Source: Thermobacillus sp. ZCTH02-B1
GTDB taxonomy: Bacteria; Bacillota; Bacilli; Paenibacillales; Paenibacillaceae
Assembly: GCF_002159085.1 (NCBI RefSeq)
Contig: NZ_LZRU01000035.1
Span: 19,866 to 83,865, forward strand
Direction: 5' to 3'
Length of the DNA stretch: 64,000 nt
A program made the position numbers and the translations under genes. The notes below the pieces were generated by a model. That model was given only the letters and a program-made list of their open reading frames with translations. It did not search any database and was not told where the DNA came from. Below are positions 30,167 through 39,610 of the stretch, one piece after another; within the stretch, counting starts at the first letter, position 1, and every line of letters begins with the position of its first letter.

Positions 30167-30203
30167 TTGACAAGGCGTCCGAGCTAAATTATAATAATTA
30201 TAA
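30167..30203 (+). promoter_or_regulatory. Consensus sigma-A promoter overlapped by Per box
   Basis: TTGACA (30167)-N17-TATAAT (30190); TTATAATAATTATAA (30189-30203) equals the PerR consensus TTATAATnATTATAA. Confidence 0.9.
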
Positions 30204-30327
30204 AATTAAAATAAGTTTAATTAAAAGTTCGGCATAAACCCGCCGGATCGGCGCAACCTAACCGGAGCGAAGCCGTCCGCGGCGGGATGCGATCCATCCC
30301 ATACGACAAGCGAGGAGGAAATGCGAC

Positions 30328-30798
30328 ATGGCGTCCCTGCATGAAGTGTTGAACCGTCAGATCGCCAATTTCAGCGTGCTCTACGTCAAGCTTCACCATT
30401 ATCATTGGTATGTGAAAGGCCCGTCGTTCTATACGCTGCACGCCAAGTTCGAGGAATTGTACGACGAAGCGGCGGGATATGTCGACGAGCTGGCCGAGCG
30501 GCAGCTGGCCCTGGGCGGCCGGCCCGTCTCGCGCATGGCCGACTTCCTGAAGCTCGCCACGGTGAAGGAAGCCTCCGGCGAGGAGGACGCGGACGCGATG
30601 GTGCTCGCGATCGCGGACGATTTCCGCAGGATCGCCGCCGAGCTGGACGAAGGCATCCGCGCCGCGGAAAGCGAAGGCGACAGCGCGACGGCCGATCTCC
30701 TGACCGGCATCCGGAAGAGCCTGGACAAGCACGCGTGGATGCTGCGCGCCTTCGCCGGTCAGACCGGCGTCCCGGCCGCCGGCGTCCGCACCGTCTGA
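30328..30798 (+). CDS. dps: Dps/MrgA mini-ferritin
   Basis: KLHHYHWYVKG...LHAKFEELY...DELAER...KHAWML. Confidence 0.95.
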   Translation: MASLHEVLNRQIANFSVLYVKLHHYHWYVKGPSFYTLHAKFEELYDEAAGYVDELAERQLALGGRPVSRMADFLKLATVKEASGEEDADAMVLAIADDFRRIAAELDEGIRAAESEGDSATADLLTGIRKSLDKHAWMLRAFAGQTGVPAAGVRTV

Positions 30799-30814
30799 AC
30801 CGCCGGAAGAAGCG

Positions 30815-30864
30815 GCAAACGGCCCTCCCGCCCGCCCGAGAGGCGGGCCGGGAAGGCCGTTTGC
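30815..30864 (+). terminator. Stem-loop between convergent dps and kinase
   Basis: GCAAACGGCC...GGCCGTTTGC long inverted repeat. Confidence 0.7.
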
Positions 30865-30963
30865 GTTCCAATGGACGTAAGGGGCGGAACCGCGCCCGGT
30901 TCCGTCAAAGTTCCGCGCCGGCCCCGGCCGTATCGCCCCCCGGAACCGCCGCGCCTTCCGCCG

Positions 30964-32088
30964 TCACCGCACGGCCGCCTGGTCCTTCGGCACGACGAGC
31001 CGGACCTCGGTCCCCCGGTCCGGCGCCGACCGGATCGTCAGCGACCCGCCGACCGCCCGCGCCCGCTCCTCCATCGAGAACAGGCCGACGCCGTTCCGGC
31101 TCGCGGCCGGATCGAAGCCCACGCCTTCGTCCCGAATGACGGTCTCGACCCGGTCGTCCGTCTCCCGGATCGTCACCTCGCATTCCGCCACGTCGGCGTG
31201 TTTCGCGATATTCGTAAGCGCTTCCTGCACGACGCGGTAGATCGTCGTCTCCGCGGCGTGATCGAGCCGGCTGTGCAGATCCATCGTGAGGCGCACCTCG
31301 ATGCCGTAATGATCCGAGTAATTCTCGATGTAGGTGCGGACGGCCGGACCGACGCCGAGATCGTCCAGCACCGACGGCCGAAGATCCCGGGCCATGCTGC
31401 GGATGTCCTCCATGATGTCCGCCACATCCCGGCGCAGGCCGCGAAGCTCCTCCAGCTCCGGATGTTCGTCGATCAGCCGGTCGAGACGGATGAGCAACGA
31501 GAACAGGCTCTGCCCGACCCCGTCGTGCAGTTCGCGCGAGATCCGCTTCCGCTCCTCCTCCTGCACTTCGATGACGCGGGTCATCATTTCCTTCAGTTCC
31601 TGCTCCACCTGCTTCAGCTTCGTCACTTCGTTGCGGATGGACAGGTACTGGTACGGTTTCCCGTTCTCGTCGAGGAACGGCACGATCGTCGTGTTGACCC
31701 AGTAGTAGGTGCCGTCCTTCGCGCGGTTGCGGATTTCGCCGCGCCACACCTCCCCGCGCTGGATCGTCCGCCACAGATCCCGCATGAATTCCTTGCTGTG
31801 ATAGCCGGAATTGACGATCCGGTGATCCTGGCCGATCAGCTCCTCGCGGCTGTATTTCGAGATTTCGACGAACTTGTCGTTCACATACTGGATGATGCCC
31901 CGCGCATCCGTGATCGCGACGATCGCGGACTCGTCCAGCGCGAACTTCACGTCCGCGAGCTGCTTGAGCGCGGTCTTGAGCTGCCGGCGCACCTCCGCGT
32001 CCGCGATGTGCGCATCGATCTCGCGCAGCAGGCGCGCGGCGAGCTCGGCTTCCTGCTTGCCCGGCTTCGCGCCGCTCACGTCACTCAA
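30964..32088 (-). CDS. nreB: Cytoplasmic PAS sensor histidine kinase (HisKA_3, NreB-like)
   Basis: PAS/PAC; [18 protein letters not shown]; [11 protein letters not shown]; no TM segments. Confidence 0.8.
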   Translation of the reverse strand: MSDVSGAKPGKQEAELAARLLREIDAHIADAEVRRQLKTALKQLADVKFALDESAIVAITDARGIIQYVNDKFVEISKYSREELIGQDHRIVNSGYHSKEFMRDLWRTIQRGEVWRGEIRNRAKDGTYYWVNTTIVPFLDENGKPYQYLSIRNEVTKLKQVEQELKEMMTRVIEVQEEERKRISRELHDGVGQSLFSLLIRLDRLIDEHPELEELRGLRRDVADIMEDIRSMARDLRPSVLDDLGVGPAVRTYIENYSDHYGIEVRLTMDLHSRLDHAAETTIYRVVQEALTNIAKHADVAECEVTIRETDDRVETVIRDEGVGFDPAASRNGVGLFSMEERARAVGGSLTIRSAPDRGTEVRLVVPKDQAAVR

Positions 32089-32737
32089 AGTTCAACAATC
32101 CTTTCTTCAGCGCGAATTTGATCAGTTCGGGCCGCGACCTTAAGCCCAGCTTTTCCATCAGGTTCGCCTTGTGCGTCTCGACCGTCTTGACGCTGATCAC
32201 GAGACGGTCGGCGATTTCCTTGTTCGAGTACCCCTTCGCGATCCAGCCGAGGATCTCCTTTTCCCGCTCCGACAGCGTGTCGTAGGCGTCCCTCGGCTCG
32301 TCGCCGGATTTCAGGCGGTTCAGATACTCGCTCATCAGCCGCTTCGTGGCCGTCGGATACAGATAGGCGTCTCCCGCCGCCACGGACCGGATGGCGGACA
32401 CGAGCTCCTCGTGCGGCGCGTTCTTCAGGATGTAACCCGAAGCGCCGTTCTGGATCGCCCGGAACAGATATTCTTCGTCGTCATGCATCGTCAGAATGAG
32501 GATGTTCGTCTCCGGCAGCCGATGCTTGAGCTCCCGGGTCGCGGCCAGTCCGTCCATGCCGTGCGGCATGCTGATGTCCATCAGGACGACATCGGGCTTC
32601 GTCTCCAGCGCCAGACGGATCGCCTCGGCGCCCTCCGAAGCCTCGCCGACCACCTCGATGCCGTGCCTGCCGTCGAGCAGCATGCGCAATCCCGAGCGAA
32701 CCACCGCGTGATCGTCGCACAGGAGCAGCTTGATCAT
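32081..32737 (-). CDS. nreC: NarL/LuxR response regulator (NreC-like)
   Basis: [39 protein letters not shown]...VKTVETHK. Confidence 0.85.
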   Translation of the reverse strand: MIKLLLCDDHAVVRSGLRMLLDGRHGIEVVGEASEGAEAIRLALETKPDVVLMDISMPHGMDGLAATRELKHRLPETNILILTMHDDEEYLFRAIQNGASGYILKNAPHEELVSAIRSVAAGDAYLYPTATKRLMSEYLNRLKSGDEPRDAYDTLSEREKEILGWIAKGYSNKEIADRLVISVKTVETHKANLMEKLGLRSRPELIKFALKKGLLNFE

Positions 32738-32818
32738 CTCCGATTCCTCCGTCCCAACGCCGCCTGTTATCCGACATTGTAACAAAGGGGACGAACGAAC
32801 GGCAACGACCGCGATCGT

Positions 32819-33295
32819 CTATCGCTTCGGCCAGCCCGCCGCCTCCGCCGACAGTTCCCGCCACCATTCCTCCTGGGCGCCGAGCGCCCTGGTGCCGCGC
32901 ACCGCGCGGGCGATCTCCGCGTCCGTGTAATCCTTCGTCAGCCGCCGGCCGAGCAGCAGGACACCGGCGGTGTCCGAACCCGTCCGGACGGGGAGGAAAA
33001 CGGCGGCGGCCAGGCCTTCCGCGAGCAGAATCGGATCCTCGGTCCGCGCCCGCTCTGCGCCCGGGCGGCTCGGATCGAAGCAGACCGGCGTTCCGGAACG
33101 GATCGCCATGCCGAGCAGCCCGACGCTCGGGCGCTGCGTCATGTTCGGCGTCCGGCTGCTGACGCTGCCGACCACGATCCGCCATGTCACGCGCCGGCTG
33201 GCCGGGTCCAGCAGTCCGAGACCGGCGAAGTCGCTCTCGGTCTCGCGGCGCAGCTTCTTCACTTCGCGCAAAATCGCTTCCTTGGCCCTCTCCAT
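32819..33295 (-). CDS. nreA: Stand-alone GAF domain protein (NreA-like)
   Basis: ATG 33295 after AAAGGTGGGAG; SDFAGL...W...G...PILLAEGL...GVLLLGRR; first gene of the unit. Confidence 0.7.
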   Translation of the reverse strand: MERAKEAILREVKKLRRETESDFAGLGLLDPASRRVTWRIVVGSVSSRTPNMTQRPSVGLLGMAIRSGTPVCFDPSRPGAERARTEDPILLAEGLAAAVFLPVRTGSDTAGVLLLGRRLTKDYTDAEIARAVRGTRALGAQEEWWRELSAEAAGWPKR

Positions 33296-33433
33296 CGTTC
33301 TCCCACCTTTCCTGCCGCATGGAAGGTCCGTTCCCGCGCGTTCGGCGGACGGGCATCCCCGATCGGAGTCCGCATCGGGGAATTCCCCGATGCCGTCCGG
33401 CGTGGTTGTACCGCATACGCTGCCGATACAGCC

Positions 33434-33476
33434 AGAATACGCGATTTTGCGGCCCGGATCTGTGATTTTCATCATC
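33434..33476 (-). promoter_or_regulatory. Fnr-type box and -10 of nreA-C-B operon
   Basis: TGTGA-N6-TCATC (33461-33476); minus-strand TATTCT at 33439-33434 puts the box centre near -41.5. Confidence 0.6.
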
Positions 33477-33586
33477 ATCCAAATCCGGATTCTTCCCCGC
33501 GAAATCTCCGTCAATTCCCCGATTAAATCCCCGCCGCGGAACGTGTATGCTAAAGGCAGGGGAGAGACGGAAGGAGGCGAGCCGCC

Positions 33587-34354
33587 ATGACGGTGAGAAC
33601 GTTGACGGGCCGGGAGGAATCCGTGGAGACCCCCGTCTGCCGCTTCGACTGCCGGCGTCCGCAGCCCGACAGTCCGTTCACGGAGCGTCAGATCAAGGCG
33701 CTGGAATCGATCATGCACTTCAGGCGATATGAAGCGGGCGCCTACCTGTTCTGGGAAGGCGATCCGGCCGAAGCCGTCTATTACATCCGCAAGGGCCACG
33801 TCAAGCTGCGCCGCACGACGGACGACGGACGCGACCTGCTGCTGACGATCCTGAAGCCGGGAGATTTCCTCGTCGATTTCGATCACTGGGATCCGAATCA
33901 CCGCAACAGCGGCCAGGCGTTGGACGAAGTGGAAGCCGGCGTCATTCCGCTGCCCGAGCTCGAGGTTCTGCTCAGCAAGGACGGCGAGCTTGCGTACCGG
34001 TTCGCGATGTGGATGAGCCTTCTGCGCCGCCGGATCGAGTCGAAGCTGTGCGACCTCATCATGCTGGGCAAACCGGGAGCCCTCGCGTCGACGCTGATCC
34101 GCCTGACGAACAGCTTCGGCGTCCTGCAGCCGGACGGCATCCTGATCCGGCTGAAGCTGACGAACACGGAGCTGGCCGAGCTCGTCGGCACGACGCGTGA
34201 AAGCATCAACCGGATGCTGAACGCGCTGAAGAGCGAAGGCATCATCGACACGGCGCCCGGCGGCAGGCTGCGCGTGCTGAAGCTCGAGAAACTGCGGGAG
34301 ATGGCCGGCTGCCCCGAATGCCCGGCCTGTCCGAAGGAAATCTGCAGCATCTGA
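33587..34354 (+). CDS. fnr: Fnr (Crp/Fnr family, Bacillus type)
   Basis: cNMP-binding fold, HTH TNTELAELVGTTRESINRML, C-terminal CPECPACPKEIC Fe-S ligands. Confidence 0.9.
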   Translation: MTVRTLTGREESVETPVCRFDCRRPQPDSPFTERQIKALESIMHFRRYEAGAYLFWEGDPAEAVYYIRKGHVKLRRTTDDGRDLLLTILKPGDFLVDFDHWDPNHRNSGQALDEVEAGVIPLPELEVLLSKDGELAYRFAMWMSLLRRRIESKLCDLIMLGKPGALASTLIRLTNSFGVLQPDGILIRLKLTNTELAELVGTTRESINRMLNALKSEGIIDTAPGGRLRVLKLEKLREMAGCPECPACPKEICSI

Positions 34355-34466
34355 CGCCCGCGTCGAGGCTGTCGGATTTTCGCGTTCCGGCATTCGGATC
34401 TTCGCGGTTCGGCTTTTCGGTGCGTTCCACCGCCGTGTCGCGCATGTCATAGCTTGCACGCAGGTT

Positions 34467-34509
34467 TGTGATTTTTTTCACTTACTGTGCGTCCAACGGA
34501 TGGTAACAT
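34467..34509 (+). promoter_or_regulatory. Fnr box and extended -10 of pflBA
   Basis: TGTGA-TTTTTT-TCACT (34467-34482); TGgTAACAT (34501-34509); box centre near -41.5. Confidence 0.75.
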
Positions 34510-34577
34510 GGTAACTGTCAAGGAAGCGCGGCCGTCCGGGACGGTTCGCGCAAAGCGACATGGGAGGGACATGCGCC

Positions 34578-36845
34578 ATGGCCATTGCGATCGAACAATC
34601 CCGCATCGAAGGCGTGCCGGACTGCTGGCGCGGATTCAGGCCTGGCCGGTGGATGGAGACGATCGACGTCCGCGACTTCATCCTGCGCAACGTGACGCCC
34701 TACGAGGGAGACGAGTCGTTCCTCGCGGGGCCGACCGAAGCGACGACCCGGCTGTGGGAGATCATCATGCGGCTCTCGCGGGAGGAGCGGGAGCGCGGAG
34801 GCGTCTGGGACGTCGATGTGAACACCCCGTCCACGATCACCTCGCACGGGCCGGGCTACCTCGACCGCGAGCTCGAGAAGGTCGTCGGCGTGCAGACGGA
34901 CGCGCCGTTCCGCCGCGCGATCTTGCCGTTCGGCGGCATCCGCATGGTGCAGGAGGCCTGCAGGGCCTACGGCTACGAGCTGCCGGAGGAGATCGTGCGC
35001 ATCTTCACGGAGTACCGCAAGACGCACAACCAGGGCGTGTTCGACGCCTATACCCCCGAAATGCGCCTCGCGCGCAAGGCGGGCATCATCACCGGCCTGC
35101 CGGACGCCTACGGGCGCGGCCGCATCATCGGCGACTACCGGCGCGTGCCGCTGTACGGCGTCGACCGCCTGATCGAAGCGAAGAAGGCGGACCTGGCGAC
35201 GATGGAGAAGGGGCCGATGACGGACGACGTCATCCGCGCCCGCGAGGAGCACACCGAGCAGATCCGCGCGCTGGAAGAACTGAAGAAGATGGCGCGGATG
35301 TACGGGTTCGACATCTCGCGGCCCGCGGCGAACGCCCGCGAAGCGGTGCAATGGCTCTACTTCGCGTATCTCGCCGCGATCAAGGAACAGAACGGCGCCG
35401 CGATGAGCCTGGGCCGCGTCTCGACGTTCCTCGACATCTACTTCGAGCGCGACCTCGCCGAAGGGACGCTGACGGAGACCGAGGCGCAGGAGCTGATGGA
35501 CCACTTCGTCATGAAGCTCCGGATCGTCAAGTTCCTCCGCACGCCGGAGTACAACGAGCTGTTCAGCGGCGACCCGACCTGGGTGACCGAGTCGGTCGGC
35601 GGCATGGCCGAGGACGGCCGCACGCTCGTGACGAAGAACAGCTTCCGCATCCTGCACACGCTGTACAACCTCGGCCCGGCGCCCGAGCCGAACCTGACCG
35701 TGCTCTGGTCGAAGGATTTGCCCGAAGCGTTCAAAAAATACTGCGCGAAGGTGTCGATCGAGACGAGCTCGGTGCAGTACGAAAACGACGATCTGATGCG
35801 CCCGATTTACGGCGACGACTACGGCATCGCCTGCTGCGTCTCGGCGATGCGGATCGGCAAGCAGATGCAGTTCTTCGGCGCCCGGGCGAACCTCGCAAAG
35901 GCGCTGCTCTACGCGATCAACGGCGGCGTCGACGAGAAGCTGGGCATCCAGGTCGGGCCGAAGGAAGAGCCGATCCTTACGGACCCGCTGGACTACGATG
36001 AAGTGCGCGAGCGTTTCGACCGCGTGCTCGAATGGCTCGCCGAGCTCTACATCAACACGCTGAACGTCATCCACTACATGCATGACAAATACTGCTACGA
36101 GCGGCTCCAGTTCGCGCTTCACGACCGCGACATCATCCGCACGATGGCCTGCGGCATCGCCGGCCTGTCGGTCGTCGCCGACAGCCTGAGCGCGATCAAG
36201 CACGCGAAGGTGCACCCGATCCGCGACGAGCGCGGCATCGCGGTCGACTTCCGCATCGAAGGCGATTATCCGCAGTACGGCAACAACGACCCGCGGGTCG
36301 ACGAGATCGCGGCCGATATCGTCCGGACCTTCATGGAGAAGCTGCGCAAACACAAGGCCTACCGCGACGCGATCCCGACGCAGTCGGTGCTGACGATCAC
36401 GTCGAACGTCGTCTACGGCAAGAAGACCGGCTCGACCCCCGACGGCCGCAAGGCGGGCCAACCGTTCGCGCCGGGCGCGAACCCGATGCACGGCCGCGAC
36501 CGGAAGGGCGCGCTGGCGTCGCTCGCGAGCGTGGCGAAGCTGCCCTACTGCGATGCGCTGGACGGCATTTCGAACACGTTCTCGATCGTCGGGAAGGCGC
36601 TCGGCCGCGATCCCGGGAGCCGGGTCGCGAACCTGGTCGCCATGCTTGACGGTTACATGACGCAGGGCGGCCATCACCTGAACGTGAACGTGTTCGACCG
36701 GTCGACGCTGCTCGACGCGATGGAGCATCCCGAGAAGTATCCGCAGCTCACCATCCGCGTTTCGGGCTACGCCGTCAACTTCATCAAGCTGACGCGGGAA
36801 CAGCAGCTCGAGGTGATCAGCCGGACGTTCCACGAGCGGATGTGA
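34578..36845 (+). CDS. pflB: Pyruvate formate-lyase
   Basis: IACCVS active-site cysteines, TIRVSGYAV glycyl-radical motif; ATG 34578 after GGGAGG. Confidence 0.97.
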   Translation: MAIAIEQSRIEGVPDCWRGFRPGRWMETIDVRDFILRNVTPYEGDESFLAGPTEATTRLWEIIMRLSREERERGGVWDVDVNTPSTITSHGPGYLDRELEKVVGVQTDAPFRRAILPFGGIRMVQEACRAYGYELPEEIVRIFTEYRKTHNQGVFDAYTPEMRLARKAGIITGLPDAYGRGRIIGDYRRVPLYGVDRLIEAKKADLATMEKGPMTDDVIRAREEHTEQIRALEELKKMARMYGFDISRPAANAREAVQWLYFAYLAAIKEQNGAAMSLGRVSTFLDIYFERDLAEGTLTETEAQELMDHFVMKLRIVKFLRTPEYNELFSGDPTWVTESVGGMAEDGRTLVTKNSFRILHTLYNLGPAPEPNLTVLWSKDLPEAFKKYCAKVSIETSSVQYENDDLMRPIYGDDYGIACCVSAMRIGKQMQFFGARANLAKALLYAINGGVDEKLGIQVGPKEEPILTDPLDYDEVRERFDRVLEWLAELYINTLNVIHYMHDKYCYERLQFALHDRDIIRTMACGIAGLSVVADSLSAIKHAKVHPIRDERGIAVDFRIEGDYPQYGNNDPRVDEIAADIVRTFMEKLRKHKAYRDAIPTQSVLTITSNVVYGKKTGSTPDGRKAGQPFAPGANPMHGRDRKGALASLASVAKLPYCDALDGISNTFSIVGKALGRDPGSRVANLVAMLDGYMTQGGHHLNVNVFDRSTLLDAMEHPEKYPQLTIRVSGYAVNFIKLTREQQLEVISRTFHERM

Positions 36846-36894
36846 TGCGGGCATTGCGAAGCGGAACAGGATTTGCGCGAACGGAGGGATCGGC

Positions 36895-37881
36895 ATGCGG
36901 CACCCGGACACACGGCAGACGAACGCATCGCACCCGGGCACACCGCCATCGGACACCCCAACGCCGGACACGGCACCGCGAACGGACACGACGCGAACGG
37001 ACACCGCAACGCATTCGCGCATCATGCATCCGGACACGCAGCCATCGGACGACCTGCAGGACACGACGAACGCCATGCATCCGGGCACGCTGCCATGCGA
37101 CACTCCGCGGCGATACCGTTCCGACGCGTCCGTCAGGGGACGGATCCATTCGATCGAGACGTTCGGTACGATGGACGGACCGGGCATCCGGTTCGTCCTC
37201 TTCCTTCAGGGCTGCGCCCTGCGCTGCCGGTATTGCCACAACCCCGACACCTGGAGCGCCTCGGCCGGCCGGATCATGACCGTCGAACAGGTGCTGGCCG
37301 AGCTCGAGCCTTATCTGGACTATTACTGGCATTCCGGCGGCGGCCTCACGGTATCGGGCGGCGAGCCGGTACAGCAGGCGCCGTTCGTCGCCGCGCTGCT
37401 GCGCGAGGCGAAGAGGCGGTTCCATCTGCACACCGCGATCGACACCTCGGGCTTCTGCGAGCCGGTGCACGCGGAAGCCGGCGGCCTGCTGGACGCGGCC
37501 GACCTCGTGCTGCTCGACCTCAAGCTGATGGACGCCGCGCGGCACGTCGATCTCACGTCGCAGCCGAACGACCGCATCCTCCGGTTCGCCCGGCACCTGT
37601 CCGACACCGGCCGGAAGATGTGGATCCGCCACGTGCTCGTTCCCGGCATCACCGACAGCCGCGAGGATCTGCTGGCGCTCGGCCGGTTCATCGGCTCGCT
37701 GCGCGGCGTCGAAAAGTTCGAGCTGCTGCCCTACCACCGGATGGGCGTGTACAAGTGGCAGCAGCTCGGTCTTCCCTACCCGCTCGCGGACGTGCCGGAG
37801 CCGACGCAGCGGGAGATCGAGCGGGCGAAGGAAATCATCGAGGAAGGGCGGAAAGAGGCGGAAATGGCGCGGCCGGCGTGA
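36895..37881 (+). CDS. pflA: PFL activating enzyme (radical SAM) with low-complexity N-terminal extension
   Basis: GRIHSIETFGTMDGPGIR, CALRCRYCHNPDTW, SGGEP, LLPYH; SD GGAGGG before ATG 36895. Confidence 0.93.
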   Translation: MRHPDTRQTNASHPGTPPSDTPTPDTAPRTDTTRTDTATHSRIMHPDTQPSDDLQDTTNAMHPGTLPCDTPRRYRSDASVRGRIHSIETFGTMDGPGIRFVLFLQGCALRCRYCHNPDTWSASAGRIMTVEQVLAELEPYLDYYWHSGGGLTVSGGEPVQQAPFVAALLREAKRRFHLHTAIDTSGFCEPVHAEAGGLLDAADLVLLDLKLMDAARHVDLTSQPNDRILRFARHLSDTGRKMWIRHVLVPGITDSREDLLALGRFIGSLRGVEKFELLPYHRMGVYKWQQLGLPYPLADVPEPTQREIERAKEIIEEGRKEAEMARPA

Positions 37882-37901
37882 ACCATTCGCATGCGCTGTA
37901 C

Positions 37902-38108
37902 TGCCAGCATGCATCACCTCATGCTCCGGCTCATTGCTCCGGCCGCCCCGACAAACGCCATGTACCGCAAAACTGCATGATTTTCGGCCGCTTCTGCGAC
38001 AATCCGTCCATATAGAATGCAAATTTGCATGCCATGCCGTCGGGCGCGGAAATGACGTCGGAACAACCTGCATTGTTGCCTTATCGTTCGACCGCCCATT
38101 TCCGCGCC
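37902..38108. repeat. Degenerate intergenic repeat with periodic TGCA-N4-TGCA cores
   Basis: Cores at 37902, 37966, 38018, 38069; 12-bp inverted repeat 38043-38054/38097-38108. Confidence 0.45.
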
Positions 38109-38174
38109 GGCACAACAGAAGGCCGATGCGCCCCGCGGACCCGGCCGCGTGCGCACCGGCCTTTTCCTTCTTCC

Positions 38175-39119
38175 TCAGTCTTCCTTCAAAATCTCCTCGA
38201 TCCGCTCCAGCACGTCGGCCGACAGCTCGATGCCGGACGCCTTCGCGTTCTCCTCGACCTGCTCCGGCCGGCTTGCACCGACGAGCGCGCTCGCGACGTT
38301 CGGCTGCCGCAGGGTCCACGCCAGCGCGAGCTGGGCGACCGTGATGCCGAGTTCCGCCGCCAACTCCGACAGCTGGCGGACCTTCTCGATCTTGTCGGCC
38401 GTGATTCCCTTCCTCACCCATTCCAGCTTCGCCGCGCGGCTGTCCGGCGGGATGTCGTCCACCGATTTGTACTTGCCCGTCAGCAGCCCCTGCGCCAGCG
38501 GCGAGAACACGACCTGTCCGATGCCGCAGCGCTCCCCGAGCGGAATGACTTCCTTCTCGATGTAGCGGTTGAACATGTTGTACACCGGCTGATTGACGAC
38601 GATCCGGTCGAGCAGATACCGGTCGGCGATCGCCAGCGCTTCCGCCATCTGCGCCGCCGTCCACTCGCTGACGCCGATGTAGAGCACCTTGCCCTGCCGC
38701 ACGAGATCGTCCATCGCCCGCAGCGTCTCGTCGAGCGGCGTTTCGGGATCGTGACGATGGCAATAATAAATGTCGACGTAGTCATGCCCGAGCCGCTTCA
38801 GGCTCGCGTGCGCCTGCTCCATGATGTGCTTCCGCGACAGCCCGCGGTCGTTCGGCCCGTCGCCCATCGGCCAGAACACCTTCGTCGCGAGCACGTACGA
38901 CTCGCGCGGGAACTCGCGCAACACCGCTCCCATCAGCTCCTCCGCCGCGCCCCGCTCGTACACGTTCGCGGTGTCGAAGAAGTTGATGCCGAGCTCGTAG
39001 GCTTTCCGGATCGACTTCACCGCGTTCTCCCGTTCGACGTAGCCGCCGTAGGTCAGCCAGCTGCCCAAGCTGATCTCGCTCACCTTGAGGCCGGACCGCC
39101 CCAGTCTCCGGTACTTCAT
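38175..39119 (-). CDS. Aldo/keto reductase (Kv-beta-like)
   Basis: LGRSGLKVSEISLGSW, FDTANVY, IGVSEW, FSPLAQGLLTGKY. Confidence 0.93.
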   Translation of the reverse strand: MKYRRLGRSGLKVSEISLGSWLTYGGYVERENAVKSIRKAYELGINFFDTANVYERGAAEELMGAVLREFPRESYVLATKVFWPMGDGPNDRGLSRKHIMEQAHASLKRLGHDYVDIYYCHRHDPETPLDETLRAMDDLVRQGKVLYIGVSEWTAAQMAEALAIADRYLLDRIVVNQPVYNMFNRYIEKEVIPLGERCGIGQVVFSPLAQGLLTGKYKSVDDIPPDSRAAKLEWVRKGITADKIEKVRQLSELAAELGITVAQLALAWTLRQPNVASALVGASRPEQVEENAKASGIELSADVLERIEEILKED

Positions 39120-39254
39120 GCCGCATCTCCTCCCTGGGTTCCGTCTCGCGGCGGCGCGTGTCCGCCGTCCACTTTCAATTATAAAGCAGTTCCTATATCA
39201 TGGTAAGGCAAACCGTGTAAAAAACGGAACCGATTTGTACGGAGGACGCAACCG

Positions 39255-39610
39255 TTGACCGGGGAAGAATGGTTTGACGTTTACGACGGGAACATGCGGC
39301 CGGTCGGCGCCGCGCCGCGCAGCGAAGTGCATGCGCGGGGTTACCGGCACCGCTCGTTCCACTGCTGGCTCGCGGCGCCGCGCGGAGACGGCGGCCTGGT
39401 GATCCGCTTTCAGAGGCGCGCAGCCGGGAAGGACACCTTCCCGGACCATTACGACATCACCGTCGCGGGCCATCTGGCCTCCGGCGAGACGCACCGCTTC
39501 GGCCGGCCGCGGAACGCGTGACGGCGGACCGCTTCGTTCCGCGCGACGGATCGTACTACCTCGACGTGTTCCGCCGGCTCCTGAACCTGTCTCCGCCGGA
39601 CCGTGCCTGA
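39255..39610 (+). pseudogene. NUDIX hydrolase (IDI-like) with internal deletion
   Basis: TTG after GGAGG; EWFDVYD...RSEVHARG..HRSFHCW...DITVAGHLASGET breaks inside the Nudix box; C-terminal-like DRFVPRDGSYYLDVF...stop 39610 follows in another frame. Confidence 0.72.
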
